Made by a program: the position numbers and the translations under genes
Shown: one piece after another, positions 1-9,828 of the stretch
Position numbering within the stretch: the stretch's first letter is position 1
Layout: every line of letters begins with the position of its first letter
The notes under the pieces: model-generated
Database searches by the model: none
Told to the model about the DNA's origin: nothing
The model's input: the letters and a program-made list of their open reading frames with translations, nothing else
NCBI GenBank assembly: GCA_001794025.1
Contig: MGJA01000012.1
Coordinates: forward strand, 8,455 to 72,454
DNA from: Candidatus Yanofskybacteria bacterium RIFCSPHIGHO2_01_FULL_41_21
Lineage (GTDB): Bacteria > Patescibacteriota > Minisyncoccia > 2-02-FULL-40-12 > GWA2-44-9
Direction: 5' to 3'
Length of the DNA stretch: 64,000 nt

Positions 1-555
1 GTTAGTGAACCTTTCAGTTAGATTCGTTTTATCTAGGAATGCTGCGATGATGAACAGTGGCAATGTCATGCCAACTACATAGGCCAAGGTATACAATGCA
101 CCCCAGACAATTGTGCCGCTTGCCACCGAGAGCGCGAGTACTCCGGCCAACACTGGAGCACAACAGGTGGTGGCGATGGCGGAAAAAATTCCAAGGACAT
201 AAATTGAAGAAACGTGTCGTTTCATTCCGTCACGAACCAAAGTCGGGGTGGCAAACCTCTTGCCAAATAGCATCGTCAATCCCAACACAATCAAGAAAAT
301 TCCGCCGACGGTAAAGATTACATTGTGGTACTGGCTAAATAATTGAGCTAAGAAAGAAGCCCCTAATCCGATTGGCAGAAAAACCGTCAGAACACCCAAG
401 AAAAATATAAAGGTCATAAAGAAAATTTTATATTTCTCTTTGAAGATATTGCCCAAGTAGGACGGGAGCAGAACCGTGATGCAACACGGCGCAAAGAGGG
501 CGGCCACGCCGGCCACAAAAGCCGCTATCAATGATGTGCCTACAAGTATTTCCAT
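1..555 (-). CDS. CcdA/DsbD-family cytochrome c biogenesis / thiol-disulfide transporter membrane protein; partial, C-terminus runs off the window start
   Basis: Minus-strand translation from ATG at 555..553 gives MEILVGTSLIAAFVAGVAALFAPCCITVLLPSYLG... with a paired-Cys motif in the first TM helix and a polytopic membrane profile. No in-frame stop before position 1. Confidence 0.55.
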   Translation of the reverse strand, partial: MEILVGTSLIAAFVAGVAALFAPCCITVLLPSYLGNIFKEKYKIFFMTFIFFLGVLTVFLPIGLGASFLAQLFSQYHNVIFTVGGIFLIVLGLTMLFGKRFATPTLVRDGMKRHVSSIYVLGIFSAIATTCCAPVLAGVLALSVASGTIVWGALYTLAYVVGMTLPLFIIAAFLDKTNLTERFTN

Positions 556-664
556 ATAGATTTTTATATATTTATTAATCCGAGTTGGTAAACGAACAAA
601 AATACCCTTGCTAAAGGATACCTAAAGACAGCACGAAAAAGCTTGCGCTTAATGCGTGCCGTTA

Positions 665-1057
665 CTACAAAGAGGGACTGTGCTCAAATAGAGCAAGCCA
701 GGATGTAATTTTTTGCTGATGACGAGGTCTTGTCTGATTTCTATATCTGTGGAATGAAAATACGGGTTGGGGATAGAATAAATCTTTTCTTAAGATGAAA
801 AATGAAATCACCATAAGAAGCAATGAGAATAATAAAATAGAGACCGTTGACGGTATCAATGCCTGCGAAAATGTTTGTAGTACCGAAATATGATGCAGGG
901 CCATATTTAAAATGTTTGTCGGGCACACTACTCCATCTATGACGGAAGCGACGCAATCACTGCTTGGATTATGCATACTATGATCAAAAATCGCAAAACC
1001 AAAAACAGCTATCCCGATAAAGCTTATTATTAGTAGTGATGAGGTCAAATATCTCAT
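665..1057 (-). CDS. hypothetical membrane protein
   Basis: 130-aa ORF with hydrophobic segments and a CxxxxxxxxxC pair. No recognisable family. Confidence 0.3.
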   Translation of the reverse strand: MRYLTSSLLIISFIGIAVFGFAIFDHSMHNPSSDCVASVIDGVVCPTNILNMALHHISVLQTFSQALIPSTVSILLFSLLLMVISFFILRKDLFYPQPVFSFHRYRNQTRPRHQQKITSWLALFEHSPSL

Positions 1058-1106
1058 AATTCTTTGTCTTTAAAATATACCATCTTTTTTCTATTTAGTC
1101 AATAAT

Positions 1107-1328
1107 CTATAGGATCTCTCCGTGTCTTTCAAGTATTATGTGGTGAATTGTTCCGATTGCAAGCCAAATCGCGATAAGAAGAAGAATTCCAGAACAAAGC
1201 AAAGCATCGACCTTCGTGATTCCGAATACAAGATTATCGGCACTGCCGATAATTGTGAATACAAATGTAACCACTCCAGTAAGACCCGCGGCAACGCTAC
1301 CAATGTGCATTAATTTTGATAGTTTCAT
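1107..1328 (-). CDS. small hydrophobic membrane protein (hypothetical)
   Basis: 73-aa ORF with two predicted TM helices. Co-oriented with the copper operon. Preferred over the overlapping plus-strand ORF, which reads as low-complexity. Confidence 0.35.
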   Translation of the reverse strand: MKLSKLMHIGSVAAGLTGVVTFVFTIIGSADNLVFGITKVDALLCSGILLLIAIWLAIGTIHHIILERHGEIL

Positions 1329-1332
1329 AATT

Positions 1333-1956
1333 TTATTTATACCAATTATTATACCATCCTTGCATTTTAGTTATTTCCCTTGATTGAGATTCGATAATAT
1401 TATTCGCGAGAGTTAGCATCTCAAACCTATTAGTGCCAGACCTCAGCATTTGTGCCATCATAATTGCCAACTGATGATGGGGAATCATACCTTCAATAAA
1501 TGCTTCATCAAAATCTGCTGCATTTTCTAGTATTTTGATATCTTCTTTGCCACCCATATGCATTCCGCCGACCGACATCATCCCTCCACCCATTATAGAG
1601 GTATTTGTTTTTGAAACATCTTTTCCAAACCAATTTTTATACCAACTTATCATGTTTTCTATTTCCTCATTCTGCTCTTTAATAATTGTATTGGCAAGAG
1701 TTTTAATTTCTGGACGCTTTGATTTTTCAAGAGCCAACGTTGCCATGGCAATAGCTCCATCATGGTGTGGAATCATCTGCTCAATAAAATGTTTGTCAAT
1801 GTTACTCGTAATCTGAGAATTGTCAGTATTTCGATAATTACCCATCATTCTGCCACTATTATTCCAAAATACTGGAGACATCATTGACCCAAAGACACTC
1901 GCCAAAACTAACCCAACAACAACTCCTCCTATCCCAAACGAAGTTTTATTGTTCAT
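1333..1956 (-). CDS. DUF305-family periplasmic protein; copper-resistance-associated four-helix family
   Basis: Two repeats of the MIPHH motif (FIEQMIPHHDGAI and FIEGMIPHHQLAI), an N-terminal TM/signal segment and a Met/Gly-rich linker. Lies immediately downstream of copA in the same orientation. Confidence 0.75.
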   Translation of the reverse strand: MNNKTSFGIGGVVVGLVLASVFGSMMSPVFWNNSGRMMGNYRNTDNSQITSNIDKHFIEQMIPHHDGAIAMATLALEKSKRPEIKTLANTIIKEQNEEIENMISWYKNWFGKDVSKTNTSIMGGGMMSVGGMHMGGKEDIKILENAADFDEAFIEGMIPHHQLAIMMAQMLRSGTNRFEMLTLANNIIESQSREITKMQGWYNNWYK

Positions 1957-2024
1957 GTTATTTTTGTTAATTATTTTAATAAATTATCTGTTTTTCGGAA
2001 ACTTATAAATTTTTAATAATCAAT

Positions 2025-4592
2025 CTACACTCTTAAACGCAATGAATTCAAAACAACGCTGATACTGCTAAAGGCCATGGCGACACCGGCGAAAATAGGA
2101 TTGAGCAAGATTCCAAAAAACGGATAGAGGACTCCGGCAGCGACGGGGATAAAAGCAATGTTATAGAAAAATGCCCAGAATAGATTCTGTTTTATTATTT
2201 TCATCGTTTGTTTTGAAATCTTTATTACCTCGGGAATAAGCATCAAATCCCCTCTCATTAAAGTGATATTGGCCGATTCCATCGCAATATCCGTGCCTTC
2301 ACCCATGGCGATACCAATATTGGCTTGGGTAAGCGCGGGAGCGTCGTTAATACCATCGCCAATCATGGCCACAATTTTCCCTTGTTCTTGAAGCTCACGC
2401 ACTTTTTCCGACTTTTTATCGGGTAATACCTCACTCATAATATTTTCTATTCCCACCTCGGCGGCAATAGCTTTGGCGGTGCGACTATTGTCTCCGGTAA
2501 GCATCCAGACCTCTATATTACTATTTTTGAGAGCCCGGACCGCTTCAACTGATTCTTTTTTTAACACATCAGCAACGGCCAGTGCACCTTTAATCTTTTT
2601 ATCAACCGCAAGAATCATTACCGTTTTACCTTCATTTTCAAGCTTGCTAATTTCAATTTCGTATGGAGACATATCGAGACCGATATCCGCAATCAAAGCC
2701 CTATTCCCTAAGTATGCTTCAACTTTTTGAGATTGGATTTGTAAAAATCCCCGCAGACCCTTCCCGGAAATGGCCTTAAAATCTTCAAGTTTATAGAGCT
2801 CAATTTTCTCTCTGGTCGCCTCATCTATAATGGCCCTGTCCAATGGGTGTGAAGATTTTTGATCAATGCTTGCGGCATATTGCAAAATAGCTTGAGCCAA
2901 AGGGTGCTCCGACCGTTGTTCCAATGAAGCGGCAAAATTAAGAATTTCCACTTGATGTTCATAATTGAATGCGACAATATCGGTTAATTGCGGTTTCCCT
3001 TGGGTAAGAGTGCCAGTTTTATCTAAAATTACCGTGTTTATCTTGTTGGCGATTTCAAGCGAAGCGGCATCTTTTATCAAAATTCCTTTACCGGCGGCGC
3101 TACCCGAAGAAACCATAATGGCCATTGGGGTAGCCAGACCCAAAGCGCAGGGACAAGCAATTATTAAGACAGCGACAAAGTTGATTAGTGCAAAAGTAAA
3201 AGCTGGAATCGGTCCGAAAAACAACCAAGTAATAAAAGTTAAAACAGCCACAATGAATACCACCGGAACGAAATATGAAGAGACCAAATCAGCTAGACGT
3301 TGAATCGGCGCCTTAGAACCTTGGGCCTCTTCCACCATTTTAATTATTTGTGAAAGCATCGTATCTTTGCCAATCTTTGTCGCTTGGAAAGTAAACGTTC
3401 CAAATTTGTTTATAGTACTGCCGATAACCGCGCTTCCAATTTTTTTATGGACCGGCATTGATTCTCCGGTAATCATTGATTCGTCAATTTCCGATTCCCC
3501 TTCCGTTATCTTCCCGTCAACCGGAATTCTTTCTCCGGGCCGAACAATTATCATTTCTCCCACTTGCACTTCAGAGATAGGTATTTCAATTTCTTTTCCG
3601 TCTCGCAAAATCTTCGCTGTCTTGGGCTGTAACCCAATAAGTTTTTTAATGGCTTCTGAAGCTCTTCCTTTCATCAAGACCTCAAAATACTTTCCTAAAA
3701 GAATTAAGACGATAATTATCGCCGAGGTATCAAAATATATTGCAGGCGCTATCCCGCCTTTTATGAAGAAAACGGGGAAAACTGTAACCGCCACGCTGTA
3801 AAAATAAGCCGCCAAGGTGCCAATGGCAATCAAGGTGTTCATGTCGGCCGTACGGTATTTAATAAGAAGTTTAAGTCCGCTATAAAATTGGGAGCCAATC
3901 CAGAATTGGACTGGCGTCGTCAAAAGGAGAAGTATCCAATTATTATTTAAAATCTGCGGCACAAAAGAAAACCACTCCGGGAAACTGCCCAGGAATATTA
4001 AAACAGAAAGAATACCGCCAATGATAAGCTTGCGTTTCATGGTTTTTATTTGCTTCTCCCGTATAACTTTCTCTTTATCCAAAATTTCTTCTGCTTCACC
4101 TTCCTCTTCAATCGGTTTGTAGCCAGCATCAACAATAACTTTAAAAATGTTATCAACCTTTACTAAGAACGGATCAAAAACTATTTTTGCTCGCCCGTTT
4201 GAAAAATCAACGTCAATATTTTTGATACCTGACAGATTTTTAAGAGCACCTTCAACAACCATTGCGCAATGAGGAGAATCCATCCCCAAGACCTTTATTG
4301 AAATTATTTCAAATTTATTCTTGGTAGTTATTTCTTCTTTTCTATTAATAACATCTTTGGTAGACACGATTGTTTCTTTTGTTTTAATCTCAAGGTGATA
4401 ACCAACGGATTCAACAATTTTTGCGAGATCCGATTCAGAAATGATATTTTCATCAAATTCAATTAAGGCTGATTCTGAAGCGAAATTAGCCGAAGCCGAA
4501 CGCACTCCGGCAGTTTTTAAAAGAACACGCTCAATTGTGGCGACACAACTCGCACAGTGCATTCCGTGAATTTTATATGTTTCTTTTTTCAT
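2025..4592 (-). CDS. copA: copper-translocating P1B-type ATPase
   Basis: 855 aa. Two N-terminal HMA domains (GMHCASC, GMDSPHCAMVVEG). CPC motif (IIACPCALGLATP), DKTGTLT phosphorylation site, GDGINDAPAL hinge and TGE actuator region. Confidence 0.95.
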   Translation of the reverse strand: MKKETYKIHGMHCASCVATIERVLLKTAGVRSASANFASESALIEFDENIISESDLAKIVESVGYHLEIKTKETIVSTKDVINRKEEITTKNKFEIISIKVLGMDSPHCAMVVEGALKNLSGIKNIDVDFSNGRAKIVFDPFLVKVDNIFKVIVDAGYKPIEEEGEAEEILDKEKVIREKQIKTMKRKLIIGGILSVLIFLGSFPEWFSFVPQILNNNWILLLLTTPVQFWIGSQFYSGLKLLIKYRTADMNTLIAIGTLAAYFYSVAVTVFPVFFIKGGIAPAIYFDTSAIIIVLILLGKYFEVLMKGRASEAIKKLIGLQPKTAKILRDGKEIEIPISEVQVGEMIIVRPGERIPVDGKITEGESEIDESMITGESMPVHKKIGSAVIGSTINKFGTFTFQATKIGKDTMLSQIIKMVEEAQGSKAPIQRLADLVSSYFVPVVFIVAVLTFITWLFFGPIPAFTFALINFVAVLIIACPCALGLATPMAIMVSSGSAAGKGILIKDAASLEIANKINTVILDKTGTLTQGKPQLTDIVAFNYEHQVEILNFAASLEQRSEHPLAQAILQYAASIDQKSSHPLDRAIIDEATREKIELYKLEDFKAISGKGLRGFLQIQSQKVEAYLGNRALIADIGLDMSPYEIEISKLENEGKTVMILAVDKKIKGALAVADVLKKESVEAVRALKNSNIEVWMLTGDNSRTAKAIAAEVGIENIMSEVLPDKKSEKVRELQEQGKIVAMIGDGINDAPALTQANIGIAMGEGTDIAMESANITLMRGDLMLIPEVIKISKQTMKIIKQNLFWAFFYNIAFIPVAAGVLYPFFGILLNPIFAGVAMAFSSISVVLNSLRLRV

Positions 4593-4605
4593 TTTTTATT
4601 TGTTT

Positions 4606-4881
4606 TTATTTTCTTTTAAGTTTATAAACCTTTAGGATTTCGTCTCTGGCTTTATCCGTCTGGCCGGCTTTAACTTGATCCAAAATACAACTGCCCAAAT
4701 GGTTCTCAAGTAATAAGTCCTCCACGTTTGAGAGACCTTGTTTGACGGCCGAGGTTTGCGTGATGACATCAATGCAATAAGTGCCTTCTTCCACCATTTC
4801 TTGCAGTCCCCGAATCTGACCTTCAATAATCTTAAGACGACGGACAATTTGTTGTTTGTTTTTGTTGTGAGAATGTTCCAT
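4606..4881 (-). CDS. csoR: CsoR/RcnR-family metal-sensing transcriptional repressor
   Basis: Conserved C-H-C metal ligand pattern (TYCIDVITQ ... HLGSCIL) in a roughly 90-aa all-helical protein. ORF track starts at a GTG at 4887; the ATG at 4881 is the more likely start. Sits 13 nt upstream of copA. Confidence 0.85.
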   Translation of the reverse strand: MEHSHNKNKQQIVRRLKIIEGQIRGLQEMVEEGTYCIDVITQTSAVKQGLSNVEDLLLENHLGSCILDQVKAGQTDKARDEILKVYKLKRK

Positions 4882-4892
4882 ATCCACAGTAT

Positions 4893-4910
4893 ATACCCCC
4901 TAGGGGGTAT
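4893..4910. promoter_or_regulatory. candidate CsoR operator: 18-bp perfect GC-tract palindrome ATACCCCCTAGGGGGTAT overlapping a -10-like TATATA that sits 8 nt before the csoR ATG (possibly leaderless transcript)
   Basis: Perfect palindrome seen directly. The architecture ACCCCC-N-GGGGGT matches known CsoR operator types. Position is 12 nt upstream of csoR ATG. Confidence 0.55.
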
Positions 4911-4946
4911 TAGTCAAGTCGCCCTGTGGAAAACCTAACATCAATC

Positions 4947-4975
4947 ATAAAACCGCCCTAGGGCGGTTTTATGAT
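4947..4975. terminator. bidirectional rho-independent terminator downstream of hup
   Basis: AAAACCGCCC-TAG-GGCGGTTTT hairpin with A-run and T-run flanks. Confidence 0.6.
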
Positions 4976-4991
4976 TGATGAATCGGAGTCC

Positions 4992-5057
4992 CCAGGTAGT
5001 GAAATTTCCAGCGGTCTAGACCACGCGCGAAGCGCAACTGGAAATTCTACTACCTGG
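4992..5057. mobile_element. Family C MITE-like element, compact copy (C-a)
   Basis: Termini CCAGGTAGTGAAATTTCCAG ... CTGGAAATTCTACTACCTGG, same TIR family as the 14748, 53885, 55125 and 58497 copies. Inner loop contains a GCGCGAAGCGC mini-hairpin. Confidence 0.5.
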
Positions 5058-5073
5058 TCCGATACAGCATTAA

Positions 5074-5358
5074 CTAGAGAATCGCTTCTTTCAAAAGCTT
5101 ACCAGGAGTAAATCTTGGTTTCTTGGAGGCCTTAATGTGGATCGTTTCGCCGGTGCGAGGATTGCGTCCTTCGCGGGCCTTACGGTCTGCAACCTTAAAG
5201 ATACCAAAACCAGTGATATTTACTTTGTTTCCTTTGCGCATTTCGTTGGTGACGATTTCTACAAATGCGTCCACCCATTCCATGCCCTGTTTCTTAGAAA
5301 CACCCATCTTTTCGCCTAAAACGGCGCCAAGCTGACTTTTCTTCATTGCATTTGCCAT
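5074..5358 (-). CDS. hup: DNA-binding protein HU
   Basis: 94 aa with GFGIFKV...R.AREGRNPRTGE, the classic HU/IHF arm motif. Confidence 0.9.
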   Translation of the reverse strand: MANAMKKSQLGAVLGEKMGVSKKQGMEWVDAFVEIVTNEMRKGNKVNITGFGIFKVADRKAREGRNPRTGETIHIKASKKPRFTPGKLLKEAIL

Positions 5359-5756
5359 AGTTTTATAACTTGTCGGGCGCTCGACCAGTCGCCTTTGGCG
5401 ACCAAGGCCGTACGCTTTTGACCAATTTCTTCGTTAAATCCTGCGTTTACTCCTCACCATATGTTTATATGGCTCGTCGTAATACTCGGATTTTCCTTGA
5501 ACTTGGTCAAACCGACTGCGTTCTAAATTATTTGTCTTTTTCAATAGTTAACGACCAGAACTATTGTTTTCCTTGGTTATTTTAACCCTGCTTTCCAATT
5601 GTCTAGGTTTTCCGCGAAAATTGCAACCCCCCTGTTGATAATGCCCATATGCGGTCTAAAAAAAACAGGACCCATCGCGGGTATTGTTTTAAAAAAAATA
5701 AAACTAAAAGCAAGGTTAGTATTCCTGTAAAAATACCATAAAATCGGCTGGAGAAA

Positions 5757-5870
5757 CTGAAAACCTACTTTTTGACCCAGTAGCGGAAGGGGTCCCGCGA
5801 AGCGGGGAAACCGACGGTCCGCCAACTGGCGGATGGTTTCCCGGGTCTGGGGCAAATGAGCAGGTTTTCA
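5757..5870. repeat. Family A GC-rich palindromic multi-hairpin element, copy A1 (variant flanks CTGAAAACCT / AGGTTTTCAG)
   Basis: Core GACCCAGTAGCGGAAGGGGTCCCGCGAAGCGGGGAAACCGACGGTCCGCCAACTGGCGGATGGTTTCCCGGGTCTGGGG is shared with the 7583, 42909 and 59798 copies. Compensatory changes preserve the stems (GGAAACC/GGTTTCC versus GGAACC/GGTTCC; CCCGCGAAGCGGG versus CCCAGCGAAGCTGGG). Confidence 0.6.
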
Positions 5871-5872
5871 GT

Positions 5873-7405
5873 TTATCTGGCGTATTCTAATGCTCGTGTC
5901 TCTCTAATAACATTCACGCGGATTTCGCCTGGGTATTTCATTTCTTCTTCAATTTTGCGGGCGACATCTTTCGCAAGCTTGATAGCACCGAGGTCATCAA
6001 TACGGGTTGGAGTAACGAAAATACGTAATTCACGGCCGGCTTGGATAGCGTAGGATTTTTCAACGCCTTCAAAACTGGTGGCGATTCTTTCTAATTCTTC
6101 CAGACGTTTTAAGTAAACCTCAACCGTATCTTTACGCGCGCCCGGTCGAGCGCCGGAGATGGCGTCGGCGGCCTGAACAATGCGGGCTTCCAAAATCGCA
6201 TAAGGATATTCATCGTGATGGGCCTCCATAGCTTGAATCACCCGCGGGTCTACATTGAATTTTTGCAGAACTTTTCGGCCAATTTCCACGTGCGTCCCCT
6301 GCACTTCATGATCAAGAGCTTTCCCGATGTCATGGAATAAAGCGCCTTTCTTTGCCAAAGAAACATCAGCGCCTAATTCCGAAGCCAGCATGCCCGCAAT
6401 ATGAGTCATCTCTACCGAGTGGCGCAAAATATTTTGTCCGAAACTGGTTCTAAAAGCCAAACGACCTAACAAAAAAGTAAGTTTTGGATCAACTGGGCCA
6501 ACGCCGGTCTCAAATAAAGCTGCCTCCCCTTCTTCTTTAATTTTGGCATTTATCTCTTCGTTGGCCTTTTGAACTTCTTCTTCAATCTTAGCGGGATGAA
6601 TACGACCATCAGCAATAAGTTTTTCAATAGCAATTCTGGCAATTTGGCGACGAACAGGATCAAAACCGGAAATAACCAAGGCCTCCGGTGTATCATCAAT
6701 GATTACATCTACTCCCGTTAAACGTTCAATAGTTTTAATATTACGTCCCTCTTTCCCGATGATTTTACCCTTTACTTCATCTGATGGGAGACCAACAACT
6801 GTGGTCATTGAATCGGAAATATGAGAACCGGCGTAACGCTGGACAGCGAGAGTGACAATTTCACGGGCTTTCTTTTCTATTTCTTCTTGATTATCAGTAT
6901 CGAGCTTGTGTATTTTACGATAAAGTTCATCTTTTGATTCTTCTTCAATTTTAGTAATTAATTCCGCTTTGGCGGTTTCCCGATTTAAACTGGCAATACG
7001 TTCAAGTTCACTAATTTGTTTGAGACGGGTCTCTTCAATTTGAGATTTTATAACCACAACCTCTTCGGCTTTGTTTTTTAGCTGTTCTTTTTCTTGGCCC
7101 AATTCTTTGGATTTTTGTTCCAATTCGGTCTCTTTGCGGATAAGTAAACTTTCAATACGCGAAAGCTGAGCCGAACGCTCTTTTTCTTCTTTCTTTGATT
7201 CTTCCAGGGTCTTTAAAGCCGTATTCTTGGCTTCAAGAACTATGTCTTGGGCCTGCGACTTACCATCGTTGATGATTTGCTGAGCTCGTGACTCAGCGTT
7301 GGTGGCTCGTTTAGAGGCGATGAACTGTCGAGCAAAGTACCCGATTCCAATACCGAAAAGTGCGCCCAAAAGTCCCGCTACAAGCGTGGATAATACAATA
7401 GTCAT
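5873..7405 (-). CDS. rny: ribonuclease Y
   Basis: 510 aa. N-terminal TM, long coiled-coil, KH domain (VVGLPSDEVKGKIIGKEGRNIKTIE) and HD domain (HSVEMTHIAGMLASELGAD...ALFHDIGKA). Confidence 0.9.
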   Translation of the reverse strand: MTIVLSTLVAGLLGALFGIGIGYFARQFIASKRATNAESRAQQIINDGKSQAQDIVLEAKNTALKTLEESKKEEKERSAQLSRIESLLIRKETELEQKSKELGQEKEQLKNKAEEVVVIKSQIEETRLKQISELERIASLNRETAKAELITKIEEESKDELYRKIHKLDTDNQEEIEKKAREIVTLAVQRYAGSHISDSMTTVVGLPSDEVKGKIIGKEGRNIKTIERLTGVDVIIDDTPEALVISGFDPVRRQIARIAIEKLIADGRIHPAKIEEEVQKANEEINAKIKEEGEAALFETGVGPVDPKLTFLLGRLAFRTSFGQNILRHSVEMTHIAGMLASELGADVSLAKKGALFHDIGKALDHEVQGTHVEIGRKVLQKFNVDPRVIQAMEAHHDEYPYAILEARIVQAADAISGARPGARKDTVEVYLKRLEELERIATSFEGVEKSYAIQAGRELRIFVTPTRIDDLGAIKLAKDVARKIEEEMKYPGEIRVNVIRETRALEYAR

Positions 7406-7582
7406 TGGTTGGTAGAGTTAGAAAAACCATTTTGGTACTTCTAGCTAATATTAAAGGAAAGTTAACTCTACTATACCTAAAAGTTTGGTTTTATGCAAAT
7501 TGGGTTGTTAACAGTCCATTTCGCCCGATTACCATTTTATTGCGGCTTCATTGCGAGAAGTCGCACAGTAATTTAATCTTAA

Positions 7583-7762
7583 GTCACTTGGGGGTATACT
7601 CTTAGACCCAGTAGCGGAAGGGGTCCCAGCGAAGCTGGGGGAACCGACGGTCCGCCAGCTGGCGGATGGTTCCCCGGGTCTGGGGATAAGAGTATGCCCC
7701 AAGTGACGTTGATACAATTTGAGGAGCAACTGAGTCGGGAGTTGGGTGGAGGAAGTGGAATC
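7583..7762. repeat. Family A element copy A2 with 22-bp TIRs (GTCACTTGGGGGTATACTCTTA ... TAAGAGTATGCCCCAAGTGAC) and about 55-nt conserved tail
   Basis: Near-identical core to A1 and A4. Flanking TIRs and the GTTGGGTGGAGG tail are seen directly. Lies between rny and gpmI. Confidence 0.6.
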
Positions 7763-7777
7763 TGATATACTGATGAC

Positions 7778-9370
7778 ATGAGACCAATCGTTCTGACAAT
7801 TTTGGATGGGTGGGGATATTCTACTAATACAAGCGGTAATGCAATTGCCAGCGCTGAGACGCCGGTTTTAGACGAAATTTTTCAAAACTATCCATCAATG
7901 CTCTTGCAGGCCTCCGGACCGGCGGTGGGAATGACTTATGGTGAACCCGGTAACAGCGAAGTCGGCCACTTAACTATCGGTGCCGGACGAATTATATTCC
8001 AATACCTGACCAGGATTAACAAAGCAATCAATAACGGTGATTTTTTAAAAAACCCGTCCCTTGAAGAAGCGTTCCATCATATTGAAACGAACAGTTCAAC
8101 CGTCCATATTGTCGGCCTTCTAACCTCCGGAGCAGTTCATGCCCACTTTGATCACCTTGTGGCTTTAATAAAATCCGCACAAGAAAGAAAGGTCCCCTAC
8201 AAAATTCACCTTTTTACCGACGGGCGTGACTCGGGTCTTAAAGAAGCCGGGGAAATTTTAAAAAAACTTTCCGACCAAATCGGCGGACTTGAACACCTGG
8301 CCACCGTTATCGGTAGGGATTTTGCGATGGACCGAAATAATAACTGGGGAAAAACCGAGATTGCTTTTAATCTTCTGACCCAAGGTGTTGGCACCACGAG
8401 CGAAGATATTTTTAAAACACTTGAAGAATATTATAACCAAGATATACGTGACGGCGGAATTCCGGCAACAAGAATGGTAAGTAAAGGTGGTTCGCCGGTC
8501 GAAACTTTAGTGAAAGATGGTGATGCAATTGTGTTTTTTAATTTTCGGGAGGACTCCATGCATCAAATTATTCAAGTGTTCACTGATGAAACATTTGATA
8601 AATTTCCCCGTAAACTTCCAGATAATCTTTATCTTGCCTCAATGACCCGCTATATTGATCTACCAGCTGGCGGACCAATTCTACATGTATTATTTCCACC
8701 GCCACCAGTTGACCACTGTCTTTCAGAAATTTTAAGCATTAACGGGAAAAAACATTTTCATATTGCCGAGACCGAAAAATACGCTCACGCCACATTTTTT
8801 TTCAACGGTCTCCGTAATGCACCCTACGAAAACGAAACTGATTTCTTTATTGAATCACTTGAAAACCCAATTGAGCATCCGGAAATGCGAGCCATGGATA
8901 TAGCTAACAAAGTTAGCGCTGAACTGGATCGCGATGGTTATGATTTATATGTTATCAATATCGCTAACGGTGATATTTTGGCTCATCTTGGAAATCTTGA
9001 ATCAGCCACCCAAGGTGTGCGAGCAGTTGATACTGCTTTAGGGGTTATTAAAGAAAAGGTTTTAGAAAAAGATGGAATTATGATTATTACCTCCGATCAT
9101 GGCAATGTTGAATCAATGATCTACAAAAACACGGGTGCTCAAGAAACAAAACATGATGATAATCCTGTGCCATTTTATCTCGTTGCCAACGAATATAAAC
9201 ATCAACGCACAACTGAAGAAACCACTAAATCTCTAGGTCAGGCAAATGGTCTCTTGTCCGATGTCGCGCCGACGATTCTGGAATTATTAGAAATTAAAGT
9301 GCCGGTCGAGATGACCGGCACCAGCTTGCTCTCAGTCCTCAAACCGGAACTTCTTCAAGAAAGGTACTGA
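7778..9370 (+). CDS. gpmI: 2,3-bisphosphoglycerate-independent phosphoglycerate mutase
   Basis: 530 aa, N-terminus MRPIVLTILDGWGYS typical of iPGM. Full-length alkaline-phosphatase-superfamily architecture. Confidence 0.9.
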   Translation: MRPIVLTILDGWGYSTNTSGNAIASAETPVLDEIFQNYPSMLLQASGPAVGMTYGEPGNSEVGHLTIGAGRIIFQYLTRINKAINNGDFLKNPSLEEAFHHIETNSSTVHIVGLLTSGAVHAHFDHLVALIKSAQERKVPYKIHLFTDGRDSGLKEAGEILKKLSDQIGGLEHLATVIGRDFAMDRNNNWGKTEIAFNLLTQGVGTTSEDIFKTLEEYYNQDIRDGGIPATRMVSKGGSPVETLVKDGDAIVFFNFREDSMHQIIQVFTDETFDKFPRKLPDNLYLASMTRYIDLPAGGPILHVLFPPPPVDHCLSEILSINGKKHFHIAETEKYAHATFFFNGLRNAPYENETDFFIESLENPIEHPEMRAMDIANKVSAELDRDGYDLYVINIANGDILAHLGNLESATQGVRAVDTALGVIKEKVLEKDGIMIITSDHGNVESMIYKNTGAQETKHDDNPVPFYLVANEYKHQRTTEETTKSLGQANGLLSDVAPTILELLEIKVPVEMTGTSLLSVLKPELLQERY

Positions 9371-9787
9371 TGACCGATTTCGAGTGACCTTGAGGACTAT
9401 CTGGGAATACCATGGAAGAGAGTTAACATTAGAGAGGCATTCTTTGTATTCTTCCCTAAGAATTTCTCTAGCTCTAACGGAGATAGAAGAAGCGCTTACT
9501 TTATTTGGGTTTCCTAAGTTCGATACTATCTCTTCAATAACCGCTAAAATTTCTATGATGTCGCTAATCTTCCACCCAAAACGACGTTCAAGCTCACGAA
9601 TGTTACTTCTTATAACATTCTTGAGCTGAGTAGGACGATCATTGTGTTTCAAAGAACCTTTCTTATAAAATAGGGCCATCGCGTCGGTCAATCTACAAAG
9701 GGCCCTTATTCTATTCTCCTCTTCACAGAATATCTGAATGGCTTCCATGTCGATTTCATCCAACAAGAAGAATGAGTCAGTGGACAT
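9332..9787 (-). CDS. hypothetical protein
   Basis: ORF with a strong SD (GGAGG) 5 nt upstream of the ATG at 9787 (MSTDSFFLL...). The ORF-track start at 9799 is probably 4 codons too long. No family recognised. Confidence 0.45.
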   Translation of the reverse strand: MSTDSFFLLDEIDMEAIQIFCEEENRIRALCRLTDAMALFYKKGSLKHNDRPTQLKNVIRSNIRELERRFGWKISDIIEILAVIEEIVSNLGNPNKVSASSISVRAREILREEYKECLSNVNSLPWYSQIVLKVTRNRSSVPFLKKFRFED

Positions 9788-9828
9788 AGCAACCTCCAAA
9801 AAGTTGTGGGGTGCACTTCAGAAACCTA

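Noticed and set aside
57-314. Plus-strand 85-aa ORF at the window start
   Set aside because: Lies antisense within the much better supported minus-strand CcdA-like ORF (1..555). Composition is Arg-rich and low-complexity, typical of antisense frames.
2473-3801. Plus-strand ORFs 2473..2730, 2965..3303 and 3367..3801 inside copA
   Set aside because: Fully embedded antisense to a high-confidence P-type ATPase gene. No motifs; ORF-track artefacts.
4632-4847. Alternative 71-aa frame overlapping csoR
   Set aside because: Same-strand overlapping frame of a well-supported CsoR ORF. Lys/Arg-rich and low-complexity.
5577-5855. 92-aa minus ORF overlapping Family A copy A1
   Set aside because: The reading frame is produced by the GC-rich repeat itself (Pro/Arg/Gly-rich). 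The same sequence occurs in non-coding context at the other copies.
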